DNA of 64,000 bases. It comes from Corallochytrium limacisporum Hawaii. Taxonomy: Eukaryota; Protista; Pluriformea. The position numbers were made by a program, and so were the translations under genes. This document shows positions 11,102-23,048 of the stretch, in pieces (within the stretch, counting starts at the first letter, position 1; each line of letters begins with the position of its first letter). The DNA lies in the NCBI GenBank assembly GCA_002811645.1, contig PDIP01000019.1, forward strand, positions 41,163 through 105,162, written 5' to 3'. The notes under the pieces are model-generated. The model was not told the origin of the DNA and made no database searches. It saw nothing but the letters and a program-made list of their open reading frames with translations.

Positions 11102-13669
11102 GCACACTCCAAGAACAGTGGTTCTTGTTGGAAACAATCGCTAAGCTTAGAAAAAGAGTGTGTGCGATAGAGGAGCCCGCAATCGTTCCTCTGTTTGCCA
11201 CCCATTTGTTATTTTGAGATTGTCCTTTAGCATCCATCAACATCCATCCATCATCGAATCATGCATCCAACATCCATCCGTTATTTTCATCAACATGCGA
11301 TACCCTTTTGGGTCCATTAGACATACGCTTAATCCATCATGACCTTACCATATACCCATCAATCTCATCGCGGCACGGCCGGACAGATCACACGTCACAT
11401 TTTGTTAGTTCTTTTCTATTTGGTTCGAGTAAAAGTTAAAGATTACATAGTTTTTTATATTGAAACATTAGTTTTTGTGATTTTACGTTTTCAATTTCCG
11501 TTTTCCTTTATTTTTTCCCTTGCAGCGCAAACCGAACGGTCTCCGGAGAAAATTCCATCGAAAGCTTACGCAGTCCTTTTTGTCCTGCTCCCCCTGAAAA
11601 AAAAAAGGAGGGGTGGTTGGCTGCTCGGTCGCTCCCTTCCACGCACTTCCGTCAGTTCAACCCCCCCCCCACTCCCTCCCTCTCTCCCTGGGACCCCCCT
11701 TTTTTTCACGGAGCCCGCCCTTTCCTTCTCAAAAAGCGCGGCCGCCAAAAAAAAACCCCCCCCGCCGGGGGCGCGTTAGAGGCTCCACCCGGGAAGCCCG
11801 GAGCCCACGAAACAAAGAGAGAGAGAGAGGGGGGGGGGAGGAGAGAATGTGAACGAGGCGAAAATGTGGAGCGCGGAGTGGGGGGGGGGGAAAGAGGGGG
11901 AAAGGAAAGGTAGGTCCGGAGAGGGAAGGGAAGGGAAGGGAAGGGGGAGGGAGGGATGCAAATGTGAGGCGTTAGAGTTTTTCTGCGTGTCAAATAATAC
12001 ACAACAGCAACAAAAGAGTATTAAAAAGGGAAAACAAAAGAAAAAAAGGAGATCGGGCCCCAGGACCGAGCCCCCCCCCTCCCTTCCTTCCCCCGGGCCC
12101 TCCCTTCCCTTTTTCGTCTGTTCCGAACTCGCTCCCTCTCTCTTACTCTCTCGCTCCTTCCCCTCCCTCCTCTCGCTTCTCGCCCTGACGCACTCAAAAG
12201 AAAAAAAAACACACTTTCGGACGGCTACCTTTTCATCCGCGACTGTCCAAATATGGAGAACGATGTCGTAATTTCTAAACAAAAAAAGAAATAGTGCCTT
12301 AGTGTATTACCTCCCTCTCCCCCCCTCCCTTCGTGGGTGTGATGATGTCGTGTTATTTTGGTACTCTACAGGCTTAATGGGTTGGGTTTTTTTCTTTTTT
12401 TTTTCTTTGTTCTATGAAAGACCGTACGGGTTGGTTGGACCCCTGTGTGGCACCTGCGGGAGTAGGTCTGTTTCTGGCAACCCCCCCATTCTTGGCAGTC
12501 CATTTCTTTTTTAATTTTTGTTTTAATTTTGGTCCCGTGTGTTTCGGTCTTCTTTTCCTTGTTTTATTTCTACTTTTTCGTTCTTTGCCTGCGGCTCCTT
12601 GGGCAATTTTGGGTAATTGGGTGCCTGGAATGCGTGTAGTTTGTACCACCACGGAATCACCCAGCAGCGGAAAAACACCAGTCGGTAGCACACGTTCGAC
12701 ATCCAAAAAGCATAATAAGCAGTGCTAGGCTTTGTACTAGTATGGTAACTTTGCAGTTGTTGTTGAAGACGCGCATGGTCTTTGTGGATCATCAGCGTAC
12801 AAACATGCATGATCAGACGTTAGCTATTCCCACACGCGTTCTGTAGCTACGGACATACTGAGACGACGGTAGGACATCTAGGATTACTTTTGTTATTGCA
12901 TGCTCGAAACATGGGCCTGAAAGCAGCGGGCGGACACACACACTCCTTTGCCTGGTCCTCTGCTCTTGTTATTCCACGAGCTCCAGACGATGGCAGACAC
13001 GCGTGGCTCACTAACACGCGTACAAAGTTCAGACGTCCCCCCCCCCCCTGTGTTCATCGAAGGGTACGGTGGGGTGGAAATGCTTGAACACCGCCCGCAA
13101 AGAATTAAAAACAATGAAAATTTCTAAGTTGCTTGTGCTCGCTGCCTTTTTTCTTCAGTTTTCCTGTCCTTTTTTCTTATTGTTATTTGGCTTCTTTCGT
13201 CAGAGTCCGTGAAATCCGTTGGGTGATCAGTTGACTCGGCATGAAGGAGAACGCAGTAGCTCGAGCCATTAAACCCCTGTTGGAATCTCACTATTCCTTT
13301 ACCCACCGTGGACGTCACATGGGGATCGGCGAGCTGCGGAGTTTGCCCCAAGCAGAAACCCGGGGCAAAGGTATGCGAGAGATACCCAGCAGCCACGCAA
13401 GATTCCTGCTTGCCTTGCTCCCGGACTCGGCGCAGGTCCCCCCNNNNNNNNNNNNNNNNNNNNNNNNNNNNNNNNNNNNNNNNNNNNNNNNNNNNNNNNN
13501 NNNNNNNNNNNNNNNNNNNNNNNNNNNNNNNNNNNNNNNNNNNNNNNNNNNNNNNNNNNNNNNNNNNNNNNNNNNNNNNNNNNNNNNNNNNNNNNNNNNN
13601 NNNNNNNNNNNNNNNNNNNNNNNNNNNNNNNNNNNNNNNNNNNNNNNNNNNNNNNNNNNNNNACCCGCC

Positions 13670-13710
13670 CTTACTTACTTACTTACTTCCTTCCTTCCTT
13701 CCTTCCTTCC
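13670..13710. repeat. (CTTA)n to (CTTC)n compound tetranucleotide microsatellite
   Basis: Seen directly, just after the gap at 13444-13662. Confidence 0.9.
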
Positions 13711-13899
13711 TCTCCTCGCTCCCCGCCCAGAGTTTTCTCCTCCTCTGTTTTTCCATTGTTCTTTCAAAGGAATTAACGTGCTCTCCACCCTGTCCTTCTC
13801 GGTTATGTGGCTCAGGAACCACTTTTTCTTTCAAACTCCGGTTTCACCCGCAGGGACTCGCGGCTCTTGGCAGGACTGTGAGAGAATTGAGTGACCGGA

Positions 13900-14540
13900 G
13901 TCTAATATTGCAACAACCTCTCCGCTTCGGTAGATCATCCATCTGTACAGTACCTCAGCACATCCCTCCCCCATAGTCGAGCGACTGATACCGAACATCC
14001 CGACATGGCGGCAATCGCAAGTTTGGCACAACCGCACAGATAACATCTTCGAACGCCAAGTGTGATTGAATAAGTGCAGGCGCAATCTTGCCCGATTCTT
14101 GGTCGAGCTTGTCACTGCCGATAACTGTCTGCCCTGTGGGAGATACATGGTTGTGGCTGAGAGCATCTGTGGTTGGAGCTATTGCTGTTGGAGGGCGTTG
14201 TTTGCGATGTGGAGTGATATACGCGGGAGCACATTTTGTTGGAAATCATGGAGCAATGGTGGTGGTCTGCCCTCGTTCTTGTCCTTGGTCGTGTAGGTGC
14301 CATGATGCTACAGCTTACTCATATTGGTTAATTTATAAATAATGCTCCTATGAATTTATTATTTACAGAATCGCGGGTCCTAGAATCGAATGCCAACGGG
14401 GGTTGCGCTAAGAGGACGAAAATCTGGTCGCGGTGTAGGGGAGGAGGGGCTCTCCCAGAGCAGACCACAGAGCGGGAAAGTGCCAAGTGGCAGGCCCCCT
14501 ATCTGCTTTGTCATTGACTGGAGAGGAGCCGGGTTGGGGT
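13900..14540 (+). mobile_element. Eroded Ty3/gypsy integrase fossil (HHCC + core)
   Basis: EHPDMAAIASLAQ (13993-14031; cf. GHPGxxxMKxLAR), QVWHNRTDNIFERQV*LNKC, ELVTADNCLPCGRYMVVAESICGW (14105-14176), GGLPSFL, NANGGCAKR (~14389-14415), SLTGEEP (14511-14531). Confidence 0.55.
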
Positions 14541-14864
14541 GAGTCAGTGATGGCAGTATGGGGTCTTAGTTCTTCGGGAGTATGTGCACATTTTCAAACA
14601 ATGACAGGTGTACGGGGAAAGGGGGGGGGGGGCAATGGGCATGCAAAGTTGGTGTCGATGTCAGTCTCTTTGTCCACAACAAACGATGTAATGGATGGGC
14701 TCGATGGGTGCAGAACCCACCCGCATGAGTGCAGATGACAGGTCACTGAGAAGGGATTTCATGGGGGCTTGACCTCAGCTAATGCCGATCAGCGATCAAT
14801 GGGTGCACGCCGAGGCATAAGTAGGGCAGTCCTGGGTTGTACCGCAGGCTGCAATACTCCCGAA

Positions 14865-15975
14865 AGGAGCGCACGGGTCCGCCCAAGAATACTTCGAATA
14901 AACGCACTCACCATGAGCGCAGAGCAATCCTAGATTCACGGACCCCTGCATCTGCGAACTGAGGATATTCCACAGTCGCAGAACGGAACAAGAGCGTGTG
15001 CTCAAATTGTTCCTTCCTCGAGCACACCCAGCGCTGACGTCTGCCACAGTGTTAATTCAAATCAACACGGCCCGAAGTTCACTGCATTGCCCGGCCGCGC
15101 TTGCAAGCGGACTGCAATCACAACTGTGAAGTACTTCTTGTTTCACTAACGGATGGCGCCCCTTAGTTTTCATGTGAACGTCGCTTTTGTTTGTCTTTGT
15201 CTCAGCGGACGAACGGGAGATCGATTGCTAGGTTGGGTTATATACACGAGAAAGGGATTCGGATCCAAGTTGGGCGACCACCCTGACACTCTGACGCGCG
15301 AGCGTCAAACCGTCCGCTTCATTTGGCTGTCCCGTTCACCATGTTTTCTATCCCTCTACCCTTTTTCAAAAGAGATTGCTACCCCTACGGACACCGAAAC
15401 TGAAAATCATCAGAAAATGCTAGGTGTGCCACACTGGCAGACAATTCCCGCACAAGAAATGATCAATTGCGTGTGCAGGGGAACCCCGTTTAGAGTTGCC
15501 ACAAAAAAATACCCTTTAGCCTTCTTTGGGCAAGACTGGATCACTTCCTTCCAATATGTGTGACTGGCGCTGCTGGCATACAACTTCACGAACTGAACTG
15601 CGAAATTCGTTTGCAGCAGTGCGCGGAGCGCCTGAAAAGGGTCGAGGCCATCTGCTCCAAGGAATCCTAAACCGGCCAGGTCTGTCATGCAAAGTTGTTG
15701 ATGTCTCTGATCACCTCAGTTGTGGACTCCGCCCATGTTCATGTGCCACCTCTGGGCCGGGTCCAGTTCCTGCGCAATCTAAACCTCCGTCAGAATACTA
15801 TCAACACTGAAGCCTACTATTGTTTAGTAACGACACTTCCTTCGGCCAGGAAATCAACCGCATTCATGGGGGCGAGTGTATTCATCTGCTTTTCGCGTGG
15901 GTGTGCACTTCATTCGTTCTTCATACGTTTGTGCGTTTGGATACGAATGGCGATTTATGGCGCATCATCACAAAT
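14865..15975 (+). mobile_element. Eroded Ty3/gypsy (gag?)-PR-RT fossil
   Basis: FRVATKKYPLAFFGQDWITSF (15489-15551; protease C-terminal LGxDWL), HVPPLGRVQFLRNLNLRQNTINTEAY...LP...FMGASVF (RT), FGYEWRFM (15936-15959; cf. FGxYEWxxMPFG). Weak gag-like GSAQEYFE near 14875. Confidence 0.5.
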
Positions 15976-17690
15976 GCACAGTGATTGTGCTGGCGAATTT
16001 TAGTTGATGCCGTCTCCAACACACCGAAAAAAGATCTCTCTCCGTAAACACGCTTGTCCCAAAAACAAACAGAAGCCTGGATATTCGCGGATGGAGTGCT
16101 CACTCATCGCTTCGGTCCTCGTACCATGTCGCAGCAATCCTCTCGTACAAGACATAAAGAACACTCAAACCAGTCCGCGAGAGCACACACACACCCCGTT
16201 GCGCCCTTTCTTCCCCGGTTCTCACTCTACTCAGCACGCCCAGCGATGAGTTTTGTGGTCCATGTTGTCGATCGTTACCCCGGTCAAGGATAAAAAAGGG
16301 AAAGACTACTGGTCCCTAAAACTCTTCTTGCCAGTATTGAACTCACCGTTTGCATTCGTCGGGGAAGGAAATGTCATCGTTTCGAAACCCAAATCAAGTC
16401 TTGGCCCCGCTGTGCCTGGGTAAGATGGGGCGCACTGATATTAAAATTGCATAGTTCGGCGGTTATGCCTCGCTTCTGTTTGTTGCTTTTTAAGGGTTCT
16501 TGGGATGGGCTCCGCGCGGAGGAGAGCCGGGAGACGCACACCAACAAAAAAAAAAATCCCTCACCGTGAAAGAAATGGGACGTGGAGCGAGACGAAGAGA
16601 GGGCGAGAGAAAGCATAAGGAACGTTCGGAGAAGGGTAGGGACGTGCGGCTCTAAGCCCCGGCCCCCCCCCCCTGGGGGGCACTGAGGGAGAGAAGACAG
16701 TTCACAGAGAACCCGTCCCGCCATATATATACACACACACAGGGCCTGGGGGGTTTTTGTGTGAGAGAGAGGGTGTGTGAATGACGGAGTGAAGGAGACA
16801 CCGGAGCGAGTGAGAGAGAGAGAAAACCTTCGATTTTCACTTCAAAACTTTTTCCACGGTGTTCTCTTGAAAAATTCCTAAGTCCCAACTGAGTGCCTCC
16901 AAATGGCAGTCTGGTACTTTCGCTATGGTACCACGGATACCCATGGCGAGTGCTGCCCTTTGGGTTCTCGCGGTAGGGAAGGAGGGGAGCGGGACCTCCC
17001 CCCGGGACCCGCCCCCGGGGGGGGGGGGNNNNNNNNNNNNNNNNNNNNNNNNNNNNNNNNNNNNNNNNNNNNNNNNNNNNNNNNNNNNNNNNNNNNNNNN
17101 NNNNNNNNNNNNNNNNNNNNNNNNNNNNNNNNNNNNNNNNNNNNNNNNNNNNNNNNNNNNNNNNNNNNNNNNNNNNNNNNNNNNNNNNNNNNNNNNNNNN
17201 NNNNNNNNNNNNNNNNNNNNNNNNNNNNNNNNNNNNNNNNNNNNNNNNNNNNNNNNNNNNNNNNNNNNGGGGGGAGAGAGAAGAACCGCACGCCTGTCTC
17301 GAGCGCAGCCGCTGGTGTCAAATAAATCCCCTTAGTTCCATCCAGAGAGCCAGCTCTGGGAATGCACTGCAGCATCTTGGATCTGCGCCGTCGCAGACAC
17401 GGAAGACATACCATTGCTGCATTCCATCTGTTGACCGGCCAAATACTATTCTCCGTGCTTGGTTTGTCCCGCTGCGTTTGTCGGTCAGCTCTGTACAGCC
17501 AGATCTCCTACCAATTGAGTTCCTTTGCTAGGTCACTGACGAGGGCATCTTCGGGCCGATTTGACCCGCCCTTGTTACCGACTTTCTGGTACCGCCTGCG
17601 ATTGTCCTAAATCGCCAGCATCGTCGCCGGTTGACAACTGCATGCATATTGGACGAATGGGGGTAGGAACTCATGTACATGTAGGTGGGA

Positions 17691-18760
17691 TGTGCGGGTG
17701 GTTGCTGCTCGTGGAATCACATCACTTGTCCACTTCGAAGAAACCGGTGCTCATTGATTTTTCCATACATAGGTTCAAATGCATGTCAATACCCTTCGCC
17801 ACGGTGCCCGTTTGGCTCCGTATTCTGTAAATCGCTTGCGTGCTCGCTTTGTACCACTGCTCACCAAGCGCTCAATGTATCGAGCGAGATCACAATGTCC
17901 GAAGAAGATCAGTGCTACAGTATACCTCTATTTCCAGGCAGTCCGCAAAAGGAATCAATCTATTCATTCAAATGTAGCAGATTCAGGTCGCGTTTCCAAC
18001 GCGGGTTACATGTCAAGTTGACTCAAATCAACAGGGCAGGGTGCAGCCAGCAGCCCGGTCCGGAGGACCTCCTGCACTGATATGGTGTCATAGATCTTCA
18101 AGTGCTCTGTGTGGCAGAGACCGTGACACCGCTGGCTATTCTTGCTGGGACGGATTGCTGGGTCATTGGAGATCTGCGCTGCTCCCCCACTTTTGTCTTC
18201 GTTCTAAGGTTCTTTTCTTACCTTCTATCTTTGTGAATGAAACTGCCCAGAATGAACATCTTTCAAAACCATCCAATTTCTACACGGTCTACTTGCTGCC
18301 TTGGATTGCCTCCTCAGAGTGTATTCAGGGTCAACATATACCACCTGTGTACGAGTTTCATCAGGATCTGGGGTGCCGAATAGGGGCAACTACCACACTT
18401 ATAGATCCAAATTTGTTCGATGTGTTCTCGACTGACCCCGCAACCGAAATGGCAGCGAGCACGGGAGCGGCAGTCTGAAATACAAATTAGTGGCGGCTAG
18501 AAAACAATTTAAGACTCGCGAACACCTTACTCCTGAACCGGACCAAACCAGTACCCACCGAGACACTGCTGCAGCCCGGCTGTGGACGGTGTCGCATCGA
18601 CCCGGGTGCTTTCTGATAAGCGTAAAAAAAACACTTCACATTACAGGATTCTGCTAGCTATAGTCTTCGTTTTGCCACTACAATATTGCCACGGGCGAAT
18701 GCAAAGTGAGGAACGGCGAAACACAAGGTCAGCGAGTGCGGTGCAACATGTGGTGGTCCC
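17691..18760 (+). mobile_element. Eroded non-LTR (LINE-like) retrotransposon fossil: zinc knuckle, APE endonuclease and RT fragments
   Basis: CSLCTTAHQALNVSS (17841-17885; CX2CX3HX6C with the last C as AGC); KLTQINRAG...VLCVAET with 29-codon N-to-E spacing; WVIGDL; RT-like LLPHFCLRSKVLFLP, KPSNFYTVYLLPWIA, QDLGCRIGATT, PNLFDVF, WRLENNLRL, RILLAIVFVLPLQYC, all in order. Confidence 0.55.
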
Positions 18761-18926
18761 TTCCCCTTTACACCAGTGCCGAGCCCACCAGAGTGCACAT
18801 TTTTTCACCGGGTGGCATCTGATATCATGAGAATGCCAATGTCTTTGCATGTAGCGCTTTTTGGCATCGATGCACTTGACAATCATCGCGATATAGCGCG
18901 AACTATGACGCTCACATGGAGACCGT

Positions 18927-19246
18927 ACTATTGATGCGGCATACACCATGCATCCCATATACTTTCCAGTTCCGGCCCACCGCCATCTTGTCTCGTTGTG
19001 GGCACCAATGGACATGCAAGTAGTTACCGGCACCACTGAGCACGAGAGGTGCCAAAAAACCGTCCAGCATGGCCTGGCTCGACGTGCCGGACTATTGCTG
19101 CGGCATACACCACGCATCCCATTTGCTTTCCAGTTTCGGCCCACCGCCATCTTGTCTCGTTGTGGCAACCAACGGACATGCAAATAGTTACCGGCACGAC
19201 TGAGCACGAGAGCAGACAAAAACCTGCTAGCATGGCCGGGCTCAAC
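18927..19246. repeat. Two-copy tandem duplication, period 164 bp
   Basis: Copies start at actattg 18927 and 19091. About 19 differences including one indel over ~157 bp, by manual alignment. Confidence 0.95.
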
Positions 19247-19922
19247 AGTTGCCATCAACGTAACGAACGCGTAACCCGCAAACCCCTTGGCTCGCGTATC
19301 GCACCGCTTGCGAATTAAACTGATACCCTAATATGCAACGGTTGCCTTGAATTCCGCAGCAGAGGTCCAGAATATACCTCCCGCGTTGATTCTTCTAACT
19401 CGCTTAAGCAGAAGAAGGTCTATTTCAGGTCAGGGCAGCGAATCGGGAGGGGAGCGGGAAGGGAGGGTTCTCCCGCCGTCGTTCCCAGTCACACACAGCC
19501 CCAAGCGAGACCCAGAAAAAAGCCAGTGGAGGTGTACACAAACAATGAGAACCCCGACCATTCGGGTCACCGCTCAGCGCAAAGCCGCAAACTTTTGAGT
19601 TTTAGGGCGGTTGGCAGTGTGTTTTGGAGGCCGCCGGAAATCACTTTCGTCAACCGAAAACTGACGCGTATGCCCTACGGTTGAGGTTACGGTCAAAGGT
19701 GACGTTGTGTGACTGCTGGAGATGACACGTTGCAAGGCACCGATAGGGAGTATAGAATTCGGCTATTTCTGTTACATATGGGTTCTATCCATTGACTAGC
19801 TTCTCCAATCACGCTATGTAGGGACGTGTACAACGCTTCGTAGTTCATCTCTTGGGACAAACCGGGATGGATCCGTAGTGCCAGACATCCTTTTGTAGAC
19901 TTGACAATTCGGAGGCGTTCCC

Positions 19923-21245
19923 ATGACTTCACAAGGGGGATACCGCGGCCGGGGTGGCCGCGGCAGGCAACTGTACGCACAAAGAACCGGTGAGGGACAG
20001 AGTCACGCACCAGGACTGGAGCTCGATGAATACGAGTATGAAGATCTCAAGCGCAAGTACACGCCCGACATGCAATTCATGAAAGACATTGTCACGGGGA
20101 AGCCCATTCCGATTATTAACCGCCAGTGGACGCGAACGTTGAGGCCAACAACGGAAGAGTCTATTACAACTGGTATTAAAGGTGTGGTGGCCATCATGGC
20201 CCAGCCATTCGGAATGGTGCGGAACTTGATTCAGCTCGGCTACGAGCCGGTACCGGTGCAAGTGAAACCAGGGTGGTACAAAGGTCAGGTTATTCGCAAA
20301 CTTCCCTCTGTTTTTGAGTATATCGGGATCTTGAGGCGGACCTATGGTACAACGGCCCTGTTTCTTGGTGCTGATGTTCGCATGATGGCGGTCATGACCG
20401 AGTCTTTGACCTCCATCACTGCCAAAAAGCTCTGCTGTCGAGCACTAGGTGTAAACTACATGTCCCTGAGCCAGAATTTTAGTCTGGCATATGCAGAAAC
20501 GGCGATAAGCATGGGTCGCCTGCCCACTATTATTGAGCGCCTGACGTGGTTGTGGAAGGAGCTATTTGTTGAGATTGTAGGTGGTGTCGTCGGAGTGGTG
20601 TTTGCGAAACCGTTCCACACGCTCATGGTGCGCATCAGCAGTCAGATCATCACAGCAGCAGCGGCTGCCAGTGCTGGTACAGGGGCTGCTGGAGCGGGCC
20701 TCCCAATCGCTGAGGATCCCGAAGCCTACGGAACGAACTTGGTCTCAGGTTTAATGGCTGCCTGGGCCCTTGATGGAAGCATTACGATGACTGGAAACGG
20801 ACTACTGGATCTTGTCGTCGCTGGCATGGCACCGGCAATCGTGGGCGAGATGTCTCGTACGTTTTGCACGGTGCTGTTCAAGAATATTCTTGAGGCTATG
20901 ATCCAACCGCCGCCCCCCAAGATGGGGTACAATGGCATTGTCGCGGGTAATTGGGATCCGGAGGAAGACCCTGACATTTACGACGAGATGGAGCAGGAGA
21001 AGACGATGGGTGCTACTCTGCTACAGCTCTTCACTGCACCGCTGTACTATCCGTTCCAATTGGTGCAGACACGCATGGAGATGTCCGGTACTTTGCTGCC
21101 TTTGCGGCCTGCACCTGAAACGACCACAACCTGGATGGTGTGCATGACGACCATTTGGAGAGAGGGTAGAATGGGCAGCGAGAAAGGTCTTATGGCTGGT
21201 CATGCCATCCTGCTTCGGAATTTACCGTTGGCCGGTGCGGTTTGA
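19923..21245 (+). CDS. MTCH2: Mitochondrial carrier homolog MTCH1/2-like (outer-membrane SLC25-derived protein)
   Basis: QPFGMVRNLIQLGYEPVP...QVIRKLPSVFEY...GTTALFLG resembles the MTCH motif PLMYVKVLIQVGYEPLP...QLPGLFSY...GLFTG. Degenerate carrier signatures KPFHTLMVR and YPFQLVQTRM. Confidence 0.78.
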   Translation: MTSQGGYRGRGGRGRQLYAQRTGEGQSHAPGLELDEYEYEDLKRKYTPDMQFMKDIVTGKPIPIINRQWTRTLRPTTEESITTGIKGVVAIMAQPFGMVRNLIQLGYEPVPVQVKPGWYKGQVIRKLPSVFEYIGILRRTYGTTALFLGADVRMMAVMTESLTSITAKKLCCRALGVNYMSLSQNFSLAYAETAISMGRLPTIIERLTWLWKELFVEIVGGVVGVVFAKPFHTLMVRISSQIITAAAAASAGTGAAGAGLPIAEDPEAYGTNLVSGLMAAWALDGSITMTGNGLLDLVVAGMAPAIVGEMSRTFCTVLFKNILEAMIQPPPPKMGYNGIVAGNWDPEEDPDIYDEMEQEKTMGATLLQLFTAPLYYPFQLVQTRMEMSGTLLPLRPAPETTTTWMVCMTTIWREGRMGSEKGLMAGHAILLRNLPLAGAV

Positions 21246-21344
21246 AGATCGAAATGCGCAAGCAAAATATCATCACATGTGAACTATCGTGTAATACTAA
21301 ACTAGTACATTTATATAGTTACTGAAGAAAACAAGTCCTTCTGT

Positions 21345-22337
21345 TTAGGCCAGACCAGCGGCCTTGGCTCGTTGCGTCATTTTGACGGCCCACTTGTAGA
21401 CGGGCATGTCTACCACAATACCATCAACTACACAAGCTCCCTTCCCCTGGGCAGTGGCAGCCTCGAAGTCAGCGACCACCTTGGCCGCAAAGTCAACATC
21501 TTTTTGTGCGGGACTGAACGCCGTGTGGATTGGTTCGATTTGGTTTGGGTGGATCGCCTGTTTTCCCGTGAAGCCCATCTCCCGGCCGTTCTGACATTCC
21601 TTCTGGAGTCCTTCGATGTCGCGGAAGTTTATGTGAACCATGTCAATGGCCTGTAGACCATAGGCTTTAGCGTGCGTAACCATCACGGATCGAGCGTAGA
21701 GCATCTCAGATGCGTGCTCTGTGCGGATAGCTTCAAGATCGGCGCAGTAGTCTTCGGAAGCAAAGATCAATGCATCCAGACGCCGGTCACTGCTGGCAAT
21801 TTCACGGAGGTTCAGTATGCCCACTGCAGATTCAATGGCAGCCAGGATGCGTATATCCCGATCACCACACAAAGTGTCCATCATTCGACTCACGAACTGG
21901 ACATCGCTGGCGGACTCAACTTTCGGGATCACCAAGGCCTCGAGTCTTGGTCCCGGCAGCAGCGCGCGGAGGTCTTCTAGGGCTAGATCAGTGCCCAATC
22001 CATTGATACGTGCACAGATTTCCGATGGTCCGTAGTCAGCTGTTGTATCGTGCAGCGCTGCTTGAACCATCTCTCGAGCCTCTGCCTTTTTGTTGAGACT
22101 CACTCCGTCTTCCAGGTCCAAGACTACTGCGTCCGCATTGATCACTTTAGCTTTATCTAACTTCTTCTGCTCGGATCCGGGGACGCTAAAAAGCGTCCTA
22201 CGAGGACGTTCGGGCCGGACATCGGCCACCGACGCACTAGATGAGTACGACCTCAAGCTCACCAAGGTTGAACAAGTCAATGCCCTGGTAGACTGAGCGA
22301 GGGTTGTCGCTCTCAACGCCTTGCTAGTCAATGACAT
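21345..22337 (-). CDS. CLYBL: Citrate lyase beta-like / citramalyl-CoA lyase (HpcH/HpaI family), mitochondrial
   Basis: PRRTLFSVPG, VVLDLEDGV, IPKVES, AAIESAVG, LIFASEDYCAD, GFTGKQAIHPNQI, VDMPV. The Ser/Arg/Leu/Ala-rich, acid-free N-terminus looks like a mitochondrial presequence. Confidence 0.93.
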   Translation of the reverse strand: MSLTSKALRATTLAQSTRALTCSTLVSLRSYSSSASVADVRPERPRRTLFSVPGSEQKKLDKAKVINADAVVLDLEDGVSLNKKAEAREMVQAALHDTTADYGPSEICARINGLGTDLALEDLRALLPGPRLEALVIPKVESASDVQFVSRMMDTLCGDRDIRILAAIESAVGILNLREIASSDRRLDALIFASEDYCADLEAIRTEHASEMLYARSVMVTHAKAYGLQAIDMVHINFRDIEGLQKECQNGREMGFTGKQAIHPNQIEPIHTAFSPAQKDVDFAAKVVADFEAATAQGKGACVVDGIVVDMPVYKWAVKMTQRAKAAGLA

Positions 22338-23048
22338 TGTGTGAACTTCTTCCCAGAATGATCTATCCTAGCATTATCAGATATCCACGAGAAAGAGAAC
22401 TTGGGATTCTCCAATTCCTTTATATACCTCTGCCCCTTCGAGATTGCTACGCAGTCGGATGTTTGTGCGCTCGCACTTCGGGTAGAAACTCTGGTAGCAG
22501 TGGCTAGGGCGATTGCTGACTTCCTCACGACTGTAGTCAGGGGTGCTTTCTTTTCGATGTTGCCCCTAGTGTCCGGTAGGGGTCATTCGATATGGATTAT
22601 CTCAATCACAAGAAATGATTTTGATTTTCAGTTTTCAAATAACCTAAACATTTTATTTGATTGTGTTGATTTAATTTAAATTTCCGCCTCTGTCCTACGC
22701 CAGCGAACAGAAACTTAATTACATACGGAATAGTTTTAAAATGCTGCCACAATGTACCTTGCGCCCCCCAGTTGGGAGGGGTCGTCCGGAGGTTCTAAGT
22801 TCTTCGTGCTTTCAGCACGGAGGCGGGTACGGACGACGGGTGCCGGTCGTCGCAGGGGGTGACGTATTCCTAGGGATACTACCATACTCTGCGTGTGCAA
22901 GCAGGTGCATAAAGGCATCGGCAGTGACTGAGCGATATGCGTAGGTGTATGTGGCAAAATAAGTTTGTAGTGCCACGTCTCTTGAAAGACACAGATGCTG
23001 GAAAGAAGTCATAGTAGTGATGAAGATCACCTGTACTGCCTGGGATAA

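Noticed and set aside
12770-12930. Possible integrase scrap (RMVFVDHQRT...KHGPES)
   Set aside because: Too short and needs frameshifts; not distinguishable from chance by eye.
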